Positions 27,318 through 36,863 of a DNA stretch of 64,000 bases are shown one piece after another. A program made the position numbers and the translations under genes. The notes beneath the pieces are model-generated. The model did not search any database and was not told the origin of the DNA. It saw only the letters and a list, made by a program, of their open reading frames with translations. Origin of the DNA: Bacilli bacterium (GTDB lineage: Bacteria > Bacillota_I > Bacilli_A > RFN20 > CAG-826); NCBI GenBank assembly GCA_900767605.1, contig CAAFZT010000063.1, positions 3,747-67,746 of the forward strand. Reading direction: 5' to 3'. The stretch's first letter is position 1, and every line of letters starts with the position of its first letter.

Positions 27318-28367
27318 ATGCGGAAAGAATTGGATTATTTCAAACTAAGGGAGAGAACCTTCGACAGGGAAACCATCAATTACATCGGCTTGATCCATGA
27401 ATATAAGGGGAGACAGGAACTTTACCTAGAACAGAAACCAGAGGAACTTGATCGGCTCATCGAGCTTTCCAAAATCCAAAGCACGGAATCCAGCAACGAA
27501 ATTGAAGGAATCGTTACGACCAACCAGAGATTTGTCCAACTGATGAAGGATAAGACGACACCCAAGAACCGCAACGAAAAAGAAATCAAAGGGTACCGCC
27601 ATGTCCTTGACATCATTAACACGAATTTTGGCTACATCCCCATCACCCCTAACATGATCCTTCAGCTGCATAGGGAACTGTACCAATTCTCCGAAGAGCG
27701 TTTCGGTGGCAAGTTCAAGGATTCCCCTAACGAAATCGATGCCATAGCAAAAGACGGGACGAAGATGGTTCTCTTCCGCCCGTTAGAACCTTTTGAGACA
27801 CCAGAAGCGATCGAAAAACTTTGCAAGGAATACGACAAGGCCATCCACCAATACCGCGTCGATCCCCTCATTGTCATCCCGGTTTTCATCCACGATTTTC
27901 TCTGCATCCACCCCTTCAACGATGGAAACGGAAGAATGTCCAGGCTTCTTACCACCCTCCTTCTCTATCAAAACGGATATGAGGTTGGGAAATACATCTC
28001 CTTAGAAAAGAAAATACAAATCACCAAGAGGGACTATTACGATGCCCTGCAAGCAAGCTCCCGCGGTTGGATCGAGGGCAAAAACGATGACACCCCTTTC
28101 ATCCAATACCTCCTTGGGACCGTTCTAGCTGCCTATCGCGATTTTCAAGACAGGGTCAATATCGTCGGAAAGAAGATGTCTGCCAGGGAAATGGTTGAAA
28201 AGGCCGTTCATTCTAAAATCGGAAAGTTCACCAAAGCCGACATCGTAGAACTATGCCCAGAAATCAGCAAAGGCTCTATCGAGCAGACTCTTAAAAAGCT
28301 CTGCGATGAAGGCAAAATAAAAAAGGAAGGTATCGGAAAGGCGACATTCTACTATACAGTTGGATGA
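27318..28367 (+). CDS. Fic/DOC family protein (putative AMPylase) with C-terminal wHTH
   Basis: Canonical Fic motif 'HPFNDGNGRMSRLL'. Confidence 0.9.
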   Translation: MRKELDYFKLRERTFDRETINYIGLIHEYKGRQELYLEQKPEELDRLIELSKIQSTESSNEIEGIVTTNQRFVQLMKDKTTPKNRNEKEIKGYRHVLDIINTNFGYIPITPNMILQLHRELYQFSEERFGGKFKDSPNEIDAIAKDGTKMVLFRPLEPFETPEAIEKLCKEYDKAIHQYRVDPLIVIPVFIHDFLCIHPFNDGNGRMSRLLTTLLLYQNGYEVGKYISLEKKIQITKRDYYDALQASSRGWIEGKNDDTPFIQYLLGTVLAAYRDFQDRVNIVGKKMSAREMVEKAVHSKIGKFTKADIVELCPEISKGSIEQTLKKLCDEGKIKKEGIGKATFYYTVG

Positions 28368-28376
28368 CTGGCTTCA

Positions 28377-28408
28377 TTCCCTTACTTTCGCAGGAAGGGA
28401 TTTTCCTC
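28377..28408 (+). terminator. Possible intrinsic terminator after the Fic gene
   Basis: TCCCTT-N11-AAGGGA hairpin followed by TTTTCCTC. Confidence 0.4.
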
Positions 28409-28802
28409 ACAATCCATTCGTTTGCTCGTAATTTTGATACTATTTTTTGAGAAAGCCATTCTTTCTCGTATTGATAGGAGCAGATTTCATGAATCGATTC
28501 GTCTTTCTCCCCGTAGTCGCTTCTCCTTTTATTACCAACCAAATTACAACAAAAAGTTGGTAATAAAGTTGGTAATAAATTTCTTTTCTAGCGTCTTTTC
28601 AATTCGAAATCTGTTTTACCATTACACTTCGTTTTAAAGGAGTGTGGAAAAAAGCCTGACCATAAAAGGAAGGAATGCCGCGGTTCAGTTTTTGGTCCGT
28701 ACTTCCATTCTTTATAGGGTTTTATATGCTTATCGGCGATATTCCTTCCTCAAAAATAAGGATGGAGCAAGAAAAATCTTTGAACTGCGGCACGAGCAAG
28801 GC

Positions 28803-30161
28803 TCATTCGTTTTTCCCTTTGATAAAATAACCGCCTTTTTTCTGGGCACCTAGGAATTCGATGTAATGATGCAATTTTCTTTTGATGTTGTTTTTCAAGA
28901 TGTCCAACGTGACTTCAGGCTGCTTTTCTTTGATTAGGTTAAGTAGATTTTTTGTGCTGATTCCTGGGTTTTGCTGTATTGCTTGTAGAATCAGCAATTC
29001 TAAGTCCCCCAGTCTATCATCCTCGATTTTTACAGGGTCATTTGCAGGGTCATTTGCAGGGTCATTTACAGGGTCAGCATAATTTTGGTTCGGCAATGTC
29101 AGCATGAAGAAATTACCGCTTGGATTAAAAACAGGTTGCTTGTCGGCCCCTTCATATGCCTGAAGGATCCTGGGGATGCCTGTACCGAAGTTCTCAATGT
29201 AATGCAGTTTGCTGAGAATGTTGACCAATCCAGGGTTTCGGTAAGTCTGGACACCGGACATAATCTGTTCCAAAGTGGCCTGATAAATTCCTCCAGGATT
29301 CGTTATTTTGACTCTGTCGTCGAAAAATTCAATTTTGATATTCGAGCGAATGAAGTAATTGCTATGGGAGAAAGCGTTAAGTATGGCTTCGCGAAGCGAG
29401 GAGCCGGGATAGGAAACGGTCTCTTTCCGTTGCCATGAATCCGGAGAGATGACAGCAGATACGTCATTCAAATTCGCGGCATTGTCCAAAGTGCTCTCTA
29501 AACACTTCAGCAACGATCCCTCGAATTCCTTTTTCGTTACGAAATTTAGTTTCTTATCGTATTTCGCGAACTTGACGACGATATCCGATTGATCCGACAT
29601 CATAAAGCCAAGGTTCGTGTATTTTCCATCTTTGTCAATCATTCGGAGGGAGCGTAGATTTCTTTCTTCGTGGGGGATGCGGTTCTCATCGCAGATGTCG
29701 TTGAAGAAACGGAATGTTAGGTCCTGCTCATCGGAAACGTCCTCTTCGTAGCTGTATTTTTTGGAATCCAAAAGCATGAGCAAAATCTCGCTTTCGGTCG
29801 CCATTCTTGATGTCGTGCCAATGCGAACGTATACTCCGCTTGGTTTTGGACCCTTCTCTTTAAGGTAATAAGGCTTTTCGATTCCTTGGTTGACCTCGAT
29901 AACAAAGACACCGTCCTCATTGAAATGGTACCTAAGCAGACTGGCGACATTGGGATAGAAGACATCCCTTATCCAATTGGAGATTTTGACGTCCATCTCA
30001 TCCCTTTCCTTAGAATTCTTATAGGGGATAACTGTGCCGCCATCTTTCACGCCGACATAAATGGTGCCGCCTTCGGTGTTCAGGAAAGCAAGGATCTCTT
30101 TCTTGATTTCATCCGTCATCATTTCCTTGAGTTCAATCTTGTTTGACTCGATGTATTCCAC
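28803..30161 (-). CDS. AlbA_2 (Schlafen-like) / HATPase_c_4-like / wHTH putative DNA-binding protein (COG2865-like)
   Basis: GTG start with GAAAGGA SD. N-terminal 'ESNKIELKEMM...FLNTEGGTIYVGV' (AlbA_2 pattern). 'REAILNAFSHSNY', 'NFGTGIPRI'. C-terminal wHTH. Linker 'DPVNDPANDPANDPV'. Confidence 0.75.
   Translation of the reverse strand: MEYIESNKIELKEMMTDEIKKEILAFLNTEGGTIYVGVKDGGTVIPYKNSKERDEMDVKISNWIRDVFYPNVASLLRYHFNEDGVFVIEVNQGIEKPYYLKEKGPKPSGVYVRIGTTSRMATESEILLMLLDSKKYSYEEDVSDEQDLTFRFFNDICDENRIPHEERNLRSLRMIDKDGKYTNLGFMMSDQSDIVVKFAKYDKKLNFVTKKEFEGSLLKCLESTLDNAANLNDVSAVISPDSWQRKETVSYPGSSLREAILNAFSHSNYFIRSNIKIEFFDDRVKITNPGGIYQATLEQIMSGVQTYRNPGLVNILSKLHYIENFGTGIPRILQAYEGADKQPVFNPSGNFFMLTLPNQNYADPVNDPANDPANDPVKIEDDRLGDLELLILQAIQQNPGISTKNLLNLIKEKQPEVTLDILKNNIKRKLHHYIEFLGAQKKGGYFIKGKNE
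29029..29076 (-). repeat. 4 x 12-bp in-frame tandem repeat encoding the NDPA linker
   Basis: TTT(A/G)CAGGGTCA x4 on the plus strand. Confidence 0.9.
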
Positions 30162-30174
30162 GAAGCCACCATCC

Positions 30175-30216
30175 TTTCAGGGTCATTTACAATTTAAATA
30201 TATCTTAAATGACCTT
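30175..30216. promoter_or_regulatory. Operator-like inverted repeat that reuses the intragenic linker repeat motif
   Basis: TTTCAGGGTCATTTACA-N14-TAAATGACCTTGTAAA lies immediately upstream of the SD of 28803..30161. GGTCATTTACA is the same unit as the 29029-29076 repeat. Confidence 0.5.
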
Positions 30217-30467
30217 GTAAAACAATAGCTCTGGGTGATTCATCGATTTTATTGATTGTTCTACTTCAAATGATGTGAAACAAAATAAGAGGAGAATAAC
30301 GGATCCCAAAACCCTTGGATAAGAGCCAAGGATGGTGGGGAAGGGAAAAGGCATCTCGCCTATCATGTTTTCGACTAAGAAAACGAACGGAGATGCCGAT
30401 GGATATTATAACCGTGAAAAATCAAAACTGATGTGCGATATGGAGCGAGGTAAGGTGGCCCAATCTC

Positions 30468-30965
30468 CTAAAGCGTTTTCCTCTTCTGCCAACTAGCATT
30501 TCCAATAGCCGGACTTATTTGAACCAACTCTTTCGATGTATCCTCTTTTTTAAAACGAATACGGCATTGTCGATTGACGTTTTGCCTAAACAACAGACGA
30601 CCGCAAGTTCTTTTTTTCGTTATGTTTGGATTGTTTCGTATCTCGGCGAGCGCCTTTGTTCGTGAGTCATTAAGACCATTTTCTTCGGTTTTATTACAAA
30701 CTTTATTACCAACCTTAATACCCACTTTATTACCCGTTTTATTACCCACTTTATTACCCACCTCATGGATGAAATTGAATGGGACGGTGACTGTAATGTC
30801 GTTGTCGTAGAAATCAAACGTCCCTTCGCCATATTCGGAAAGAACGCTTCTTATTATCCGGATTTTCCTAACAAAAAAAGCTACCATTCGAAGACTATTC
30901 TTCGTTGATTGTGCGATAGATGGCTCCGATTGTCTTATTTCTTTACCATAAATGCACAAAAACAT
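30468..30965 (-). pseudogene. Decayed AlbA_2-family gene (C-terminal part only)
   Basis: It retains 'ITVTVPFNFIHE', a 12-bp repeat linker (VGNKVGNKTGNKVGIKVGNKV; 30690-30762) and 'IRNNPNITKK'. The wHTH is scrambled and the N-terminal domains are absent. Confidence 0.55.
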
Positions 30966-31083
30966 TTAACGAATTCGCCACTTAGAGTGAACGATTCGCG
31001 GTCTTTCCTCGTTTTTAGCCTTTTTTCAGATTATCAACTAACCATGTACGTCAAGCTTTTTTGGAGAGCATCCCGACTATTTC

Positions 31084-31659
31084 TTATTTTTCTCTCGTAT
31101 CATTAAGAGAATGTCTCACTTTAGATTCCAGTTTTTTCTGAACAAATGGCTTTATATTATTTAGGAGAATTGCTGCGATCTTATTCTTTTGACGTTGAGT
31201 AATTGCATCTTTGTCTCTTTTATTAAACATCTTAAGTAAAAACTTATAGTTCTCCTCTTCGTGATACTTCTCGTCAGTTGAATAAAAGGCTCCTTCATCA
31301 TATAAGTGCTTCAAAAGTTTTCGGCTAAATAAATCAGTGCTCAAGTTTAAGAATTCGTTTTCTTCCACCGCATGATAAAGTTTGAATAGCTGCTCGGTAA
31401 GAGAAGTCTGATTGTTTAGGTCGCTTCGCTCAAATTTCCGGATGCAAGAGCTTCCTATCGGAAATAGAGTTTCTTTGGTCTTTGTATTTTCGATGGTATA
31501 AAGGTAGCGTATATCTTCTTTTCCGCAGACACACGACGAAGAACAAGACTCATCTTCATCCGCATCCGCAATCTCCCATTCCAAAACTGCATTTATCCAA
31601 TTTTTTGAGCAGGATTTTTCTAAAACAACCTTTTTTAGTTGCTCAAAAGAAGATGGCAT
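31084..31659 (-). CDS. Hypothetical protein with a Cys cluster (possible Zn-binding)
   Basis: 191-aa ORF with 'CSSSCVCGKEDIRYLYTIEN...PIGSSCIRKF'. No family recognised. Confidence 0.4.
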   Translation of the reverse strand: MPSSFEQLKKVVLEKSCSKNWINAVLEWEIADADEDESCSSSCVCGKEDIRYLYTIENTKTKETLFPIGSSCIRKFERSDLNNQTSLTEQLFKLYHAVEENEFLNLSTDLFSRKLLKHLYDEGAFYSTDEKYHEEENYKFLLKMFNKRDKDAITQRQKNKIAAILLNNIKPFVQKKLESKVRHSLNDTREK

Positions 31660-31848
31660 ACAAGTTCCTCCTTTTTATCTTGCTTATATTTTATCACAGA
31701 AGTTCCATAAAGCACGGCTGGCAGGAAAGGGGGCCCAGTCGTTTTGCTAGATAGTAAATCGGATTTTTAAGCCTGTTTACGGGGTTTAGAGGTGAAAATT
31801 CGCCTCTTGCAGCATCGCACTTAGTAGTCAAACATCGAGTGAGACGTT

Positions 31849-32700
31849 TTAATTCGACGATTTGGCCTTCTCTTCTAAAACCAGGAATTTATTCAAGGTT
31901 TCTTTCGTCTGCACGTAGCTCTCCACATAGATGCACATGTTAAACATTTCATCCAAATGTCTTTCTTTATCTTTGACGAACCACAAATATGGTTTTTCCT
32001 TTTGCTTGGTGTCAGGGTGGCGAATTAATTGGGAATATCTTTTGATTTGACCAATCATATCGACGGTATGATATTTTGAAAGAGTCGGTTCTAAACGATC
32101 AATAAGGTGGTGCAAAGCCGTTTCTTTCGCCTTCACATCTCCATCTCTAGATCCTAGATATTCGTATATCGCAGCACGGATTGTCTTTGGAGACGCTTCA
32201 GCAACGCATTCCGCTTGCGGATTAATTTTAATAGCGCGGCAAGTGTGCATTTCCTCGTTTTCCACCACGGTTTTATAACCAATGCTATGCAAGCTATTGT
32301 GCACAAACTCCACAAATTGTTTGCAGATTGCTTGGTTCAAACCCCAGTCGCTCCATTTGGCACGGCCATTCGGGGAAAATGAAACGAAATATAAATTAAT
32401 GAGGATCTCACAATATTTTAGAAATTCTTCCGTAATGGCGCGCCGCTCTTTGACTGGCAAGTTTGCGTAATCACAGCCACAATGTTCGGAAAGTTCGCTT
32501 GTATTTTGGCGTATACAATCATTATAGTCGACATAATAAGGCCGCAAACTTTCGGAAAGGGGAAAGCACACCTCGAATAAAGTTGAAATGGTATGTCGAT
32601 ATATACTCGCCTCTTTATAAATCAGTCGAGTAATTTTCCCAAATTCCACCAACGGATCGCTTTTATACCCATCTAGTTGTGAAAAGATTGATTTGCGCAT
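31849..32700 (-). CDS. Hypothetical protein
   Basis: ORF with the start moved to M10 (MRKSIFSQ), preceded by TTAGGAGGAGG. No family recognised. Confidence 0.45.
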   Translation of the reverse strand: MRKSIFSQLDGYKSDPLVEFGKITRLIYKEASIYRHTISTLFEVCFPLSESLRPYYVDYNDCIRQNTSELSEHCGCDYANLPVKERRAITEEFLKYCEILINLYFVSFSPNGRAKWSDWGLNQAICKQFVEFVHNSLHSIGYKTVVENEEMHTCRAIKINPQAECVAEASPKTIRAAIYEYLGSRDGDVKAKETALHHLIDRLEPTLSKYHTVDMIGQIKRYSQLIRHPDTKQKEKPYLWFVKDKERHLDEMFNMCIYVESYVQTKETLNKFLVLEEKAKSSN

Positions 32701-32827
32701 ATCGCCTCCTCCTAACAATAGAAACACTTTGCGATTTCAGCATTTATTTGCAAAAAAGTATAACATCGGTTTTCCATAATGGCATGATGCTCCTAGGGCT
32801 TCAGCCAGCAACAAACAACACCTCAAA

Positions 32828-33196
32828 TTATTTCACGTATACGAACGGCTGTGGTGCCATTCTTAAACCAAAGTCCAATAAGGATTTGGGTCTCTCGTAT
32901 ACTTTGATTTCTCCAAGCTTATAGGCGTAAGCAATCTGCTTATCCTTAAAGTATTCATCAAAGAACGACTTAGTGATTCCGGATTGGTTCTTGGTTCGAT
33001 TCCAAAGTTCTTCGGGCGAAGTGGCGATAACACCGAGGATTTCTACTTCTGCGACAACCTTCATCATTGGTTTCGTTGTATAGATAATAAGGGTATCAAC
33101 CTGTTGTTTAGCAACCCTCGTCCGATATTCAAACTTCTTCTCCCCACTTAGGATTTTCTCGACGTATTCTGGATTGATAGCAACGATGATTTTCAT
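32828..33196 (-). CDS. ASCH domain protein
   Basis: 'MKIIVAINPEYVEKILSGEKKFEYRTR...DTLIIYTTKPMMKVVAEVEI' matches the ASCH pattern. AGGAGG lies 6 nt upstream of the chosen ATG (ATG 33202 is also possible). Confidence 0.7.
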   Translation of the reverse strand: MKIIVAINPEYVEKILSGEKKFEYRTRVAKQQVDTLIIYTTKPMMKVVAEVEILGVIATSPEELWNRTKNQSGITKSFFDEYFKDKQIAYAYKLGEIKVYERPKSLLDFGLRMAPQPFVYVK

Positions 33197-33285
33197 TTTC
33201 ATCCTCCTGCCACCGAGACATCTCAAACCACGTTTTCATAAAAATCTTGTTTTTGAGGATTGCCATCACAAAAATAATTATAACG

Positions 33286-34779
33286 ATGACCAATAAACCC
33301 GTTTCACTAATTCAATTAACAAACTTAAAAGATAACGAGGAACTTTCGAAAGCCTTTGTTCCCTATATCGCAGGATTGCCTTCTAGAGGCGAATACAGAC
33401 ATCAAGAAATAGAAGACATTGCGTCTCTTTTAGCCAATTTCAAATTGCCGGAGAACTGCTATTCCGATTTTATCTACAGTTACAAGATTGCCCATTTTAA
33501 CGAGGAATTCGACTTAATAAAGATAACGGACAACCAAGTTATCAACATCGAACTCAAAAGCCAAATGATTTCCAAAGTGAAAATCGAAGAGCAATTAAAA
33601 CGGCATGAGCACGCCTTGAAGCTATTGTCGAATCAAATCTATTGTTTCACCTACGTTAGTAAAACAAATGAACTGTTTCGATGGTATGACGGCAAATTGT
33701 TTGAGTGTTCCTTCGAATCGCTAAAAGATCTGCTAGCATCTTCTTTGATAACCCAAGATGTTGATTTGGATGAGGCGTTTTCGCCCAAAAACATTTTAGT
33801 ATCTCCTCTTAATGACTCTGAACGTTTCGTCCATGGCGAATATCTATTGACCCAAAAACAAGAGGATATTAAGCAAGACATCCTTTCCAAAATCCGTAAT
33901 TGCAATTCTTCTATCTTTCTAGGAATTACCGGTGGACCCGGAACAGGAAAAACGCTCCTTTTATACGATATCGCCAAAGAACTAAGCAAAACGATGAAAG
34001 TTTTGGTCATTCACTGTGGCGAACTGTGTGAAGGACATCACTTTCTGAAATTGAATTTGAAAAACGTGCAGATTCGCCCAATAAAACATTTTCGCGATAA
34101 CAATATCGAGAATGACATCGGCTGTATATTGCTAGATGAAGCGCAAAGAATATACGATTCGTTGCTTGAAAAGATTGTCGGGCAGGCAAATGTTAAAAAA
34201 CTTCCCTGCATTATTTCTTACGACGAGAAACAGCGATTATCCCATTCCGAATTAAAAAGAAAGTCCGTTAGTCGGATAGCTAACCTATGCGGAAAGCCTT
34301 TCAAGTTAACCACGACAATAAGGACAAATAAAGAGACCATTCAATTCATTAATTGTCTTTTCAATCTAAATAACGACCATAAAAACGCATTATTTTCTAA
34401 CATCAAGCTGTTCTACGAACCCGATAAAATGAAGGCTGCTGACCTAGCAAAATCCATGAGCGACCAGGGTTACCGATATATCGGGCTGACACCATCGAGT
34501 TATGACCACAAATTAGACTACCAAAAAGGCGACTTGAATACTCATGCGGTCATTGGACAAGAATTCGGCAAAGTATGCATGATCATGGATGAGCACTTCT
34601 TTTACAACGAAGAAAATCGCCTCAGTTCTTTGCATCACCCCAACTCTGACTACATATGTACGAACCTTTTGTGGCAAGGCCTCACGCGTGCAAGAACGGG
34701 AATCGCATTAGTTGTAACGACGGAACATCTAGTCGAAAAGATTCTTCCGTTACTTACAAGCACAAAGAACCGCCAATAG
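33286..34779 (+). CDS. DUF2075-like P-loop NTPase with an N-terminal nuclease-like region
   Basis: Walker A 'GGPGTGKT', Walker B 'ILLDEAQR'. N-terminal 'FDLIKITDNQVINIELKSQ' (D...E-x-K-like). Start taken at ATG 33286 rather than the TTG of the ORF track. Confidence 0.6.
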   Translation: MTNKPVSLIQLTNLKDNEELSKAFVPYIAGLPSRGEYRHQEIEDIASLLANFKLPENCYSDFIYSYKIAHFNEEFDLIKITDNQVINIELKSQMISKVKIEEQLKRHEHALKLLSNQIYCFTYVSKTNELFRWYDGKLFECSFESLKDLLASSLITQDVDLDEAFSPKNILVSPLNDSERFVHGEYLLTQKQEDIKQDILSKIRNCNSSIFLGITGGPGTGKTLLLYDIAKELSKTMKVLVIHCGELCEGHHFLKLNLKNVQIRPIKHFRDNNIENDIGCILLDEAQRIYDSLLEKIVGQANVKKLPCIISYDEKQRLSHSELKRKSVSRIANLCGKPFKLTTTIRTNKETIQFINCLFNLNNDHKNALFSNIKLFYEPDKMKAADLAKSMSDQGYRYIGLTPSSYDHKLDYQKGDLNTHAVIGQEFGKVCMIMDEHFFYNEENRLSSLHHPNSDYICTNLLWQGLTRARTGIALVVTTEHLVEKILPLLTSTKNRQ

Positions 34780-34783
34780 AAAA

Positions 34784-34809
34784 TGGAGCCGCGTTTTGAA
34801 GCGGCTCCA
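34784..34809. terminator. Hairpin between convergent genes (probable terminator, mainly for the minus-strand gene)
   Basis: TGGAGCCGC-GTTTTGAA-GCGGCTCCA. On the minus strand it is followed by TTTTCT. Confidence 0.6.
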
Positions 34810-34832
34810 TATCGTTATATATACCCTTAAGA

Positions 34833-36455
34833 TTAGTTGGATTTCTTACGACGGAAGAAGAGTAGAGATGCACTGGCGGCAATCGTAACGGCTCCAATGC
34901 CAACAAGAGTCCATGTGGTGGAATCCGTTGCACCCGGAAGCATCAAGGCATTGGCTTTGGTGGTAGTGTGACGGCCAAGGAAGTCATGAAGAGCAGCGTA
35001 CTTGGTGTTGATAATGAAATCATAACCAGCAAGAGCTTGTTTCATTTTCTCGCCTTCAAAATTGCCGTATTTAATCGCCATCTTATCGGGGATAGAGAGG
35101 GTATCAAACGTAGCTTCAGCTTCGCTCCATTTGGCTTCCGTAAGAGCCGTATTGCCGGTCGGATCGCAAATTTCATTTAGCTTAGCCAAGAAGGTTTCGG
35201 CCCAGGTTTCGGTGCCAAAGGTCACAGGCGCGTCCGGAGAAACATAGATAGACGGGGCAATTTGGCCACTCGAATAGCAAGAGAAAAGGGGGCTCCTATC
35301 ATTGTGGCGGAGACTATTGTTAGTGTTAGAGCCAGTAAACTTAATGGTCCAAACTCCATTGGAGCAGGATAATTTTGCAAACGAATTTGCGTTGATATCC
35401 TGAAACACTTTTTCCGTCCTCAGATAATTATTCCCTTTCCCGGAGCCAGCGGCATATAAAACGCCCATTTCTTTTTCATCATACAAGGCAAACGTCCCAT
35501 TTTTCGCAGGCAATACAAGCAAGGAAGTGTAAGTATCTTGAGCCACAATCCTATCTCCGCTCGTCTCCACCTCGATTTCAGCGCGATTATTATCGCCTTG
35601 CTTATCTAAGATTTTAGTGACGTCCCCTTTAGTATTGGCGATGTAAATCTTCTTTCCAGCCACGATATCAGCAGTAACCGTTGATTTCGTATAGAAATTG
35701 CCTTTAATCGCTTTAACAACAAATTGGCACTCATGAGGAGTTTCTCCAGAAACGTATTGGAACTTAATAACATTATCACCTTCAACAAGAATGGGGCTTT
35801 CAATCGTTACATCGCTTTTCAAAACACTCGTATTCCCGTCTTTGTGGGTTGCCGTGATAGTGAAAGCATCAAGCGTCGCCTTATCGCCAACAAAGAAAGT
35901 TGCTTTCGGATCGGCCAATTCCGCCGAAATACTCGTGACAGGCGATGTCGTTACCGGCGCGGAGGGTTGAAGAGTAACCGAAATTTTAGTTACACGAACT
36001 TGTGCTTTTAGATTGAAGGAAACGCTATCAGCACTACCGGACCAACTACCAATCTGGCCACTACTGGAAAACCCTGTTGATATAATAAAATTTTCAGGCT
36101 TATATTTGTTAGCGCATGTGATTTTTATAGAATTAATAATCAAATTTGGATCGTCCGATTCAATGGTAAGAATCGACCCTTGATAGAAACGATAGGCTTT
36201 GCCATCGTCCAATTTGCAAGGGTATGGTTGGCTGCAAGTCCCTTGTGTGACATTAAAGGTCACGACATCTTGAGTCATGGTAACGACCGATGAATCACTC
36301 GCTTTTTGGCTAGTCGCGTCAAATACAATAGTTTTCTCCGCTTCCGCCGCCTTCACCATCAACGCATCTTGATGGCCTAAGCCCATCTTCACTCCGCCTA
36401 GGGTCACACCAAAAGCAAGGGTTCCTAAGGCTAACGCTAAGAATCTTTTCTTCAT
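34833..36455 (-). CDS. Secreted surface protein with Ig-like region and a C-terminal hydrophobic anchor plus basic tail
   Basis: N-terminal signal peptide. C-terminus 'LPGATDSTTWTLVGIGAVTIAASASLLFFRRKKSN' looks like a sorting signal but has no canonical LPXTG. SD is TAGGAGAA. Confidence 0.6.
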   Translation of the reverse strand: MKKRFLALALGTLAFGVTLGGVKMGLGHQDALMVKAAEAEKTIVFDATSQKASDSSVVTMTQDVVTFNVTQGTCSQPYPCKLDDGKAYRFYQGSILTIESDDPNLIINSIKITCANKYKPENFIISTGFSSSGQIGSWSGSADSVSFNLKAQVRVTKISVTLQPSAPVTTSPVTSISAELADPKATFFVGDKATLDAFTITATHKDGNTSVLKSDVTIESPILVEGDNVIKFQYVSGETPHECQFVVKAIKGNFYTKSTVTADIVAGKKIYIANTKGDVTKILDKQGDNNRAEIEVETSGDRIVAQDTYTSLLVLPAKNGTFALYDEKEMGVLYAAGSGKGNNYLRTEKVFQDINANSFAKLSCSNGVWTIKFTGSNTNNSLRHNDRSPLFSCYSSGQIAPSIYVSPDAPVTFGTETWAETFLAKLNEICDPTGNTALTEAKWSEAEATFDTLSIPDKMAIKYGNFEGEKMKQALAGYDFIINTKYAALHDFLGRHTTTKANALMLPGATDSTTWTLVGIGAVTIAASASLLFFRRKKSN

Positions 36456-36480
36456 GTTCTTTGTTTCTCCTAATTTGATT

Positions 36481-36725
36481 AACGCGCTTTATCCTTGGCC
36501 GTTAAGCGGGTTGCACCCGTTTAGTAGCCGAGAAACGGCGCCTTCTGGGAGAAGGGTGCACCGCTTCTACTAGACGGCCAAGGATAAAGCCTTGGCAAGT
36601 GTGCTTCCTTTGCTAACGAATAGGAAGAACGGTCTAATAGACTAGAGGAGAGAAGGGGCCTGCTTCTATCCTAGTTTAGGCATAGAATCCCCATAGGCCG
36701 GATCTCACGGCTCTAGTCTATCCTA
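36481..36725 (-). ncRNA. Highly structured ~245-nt leader or ncRNA of unknown class
   Basis: Perfect 16-bp stem (36487-36502 / 36574-36589) and perfect 11-bp stem (36637-36647 / 36711-36721). Hairpins at 36604-36627 and 36664-36687. Inner pairing GCGGTGCACCC/GGGTGCAACCCGC crosses a TAGTAG/CTACTA pairing. Confidence 0.45.
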
Positions 36726-36863
36726 CTATATATAAGAATGAAACCATGATTTTAAACAAAGCCGATTCTATGCACTCAAATAAACATGAAAGCGGTTACT
36801 TTGGTGTCTATAGAAAATATGCCGCCCCGGGATTCGGGACGGCATCCATGAAGGTGGGGTTCG

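Noticed and set aside
36481-36725. T-box leader ('GGGTGCAACCCGC' vaguely resembles the T-box 'GGGTGGTACCGCG'), or SRP, tmRNA or RNase P RNA.
   Set aside because: The T-box core UGGNACC is not matched and the downstream gene is a surface protein, not an aminoacyl-tRNA or amino-acid gene. None of the hallmark strings of SRP (GGAAGCAGCC helix 8), tmRNA or RNase P is present.
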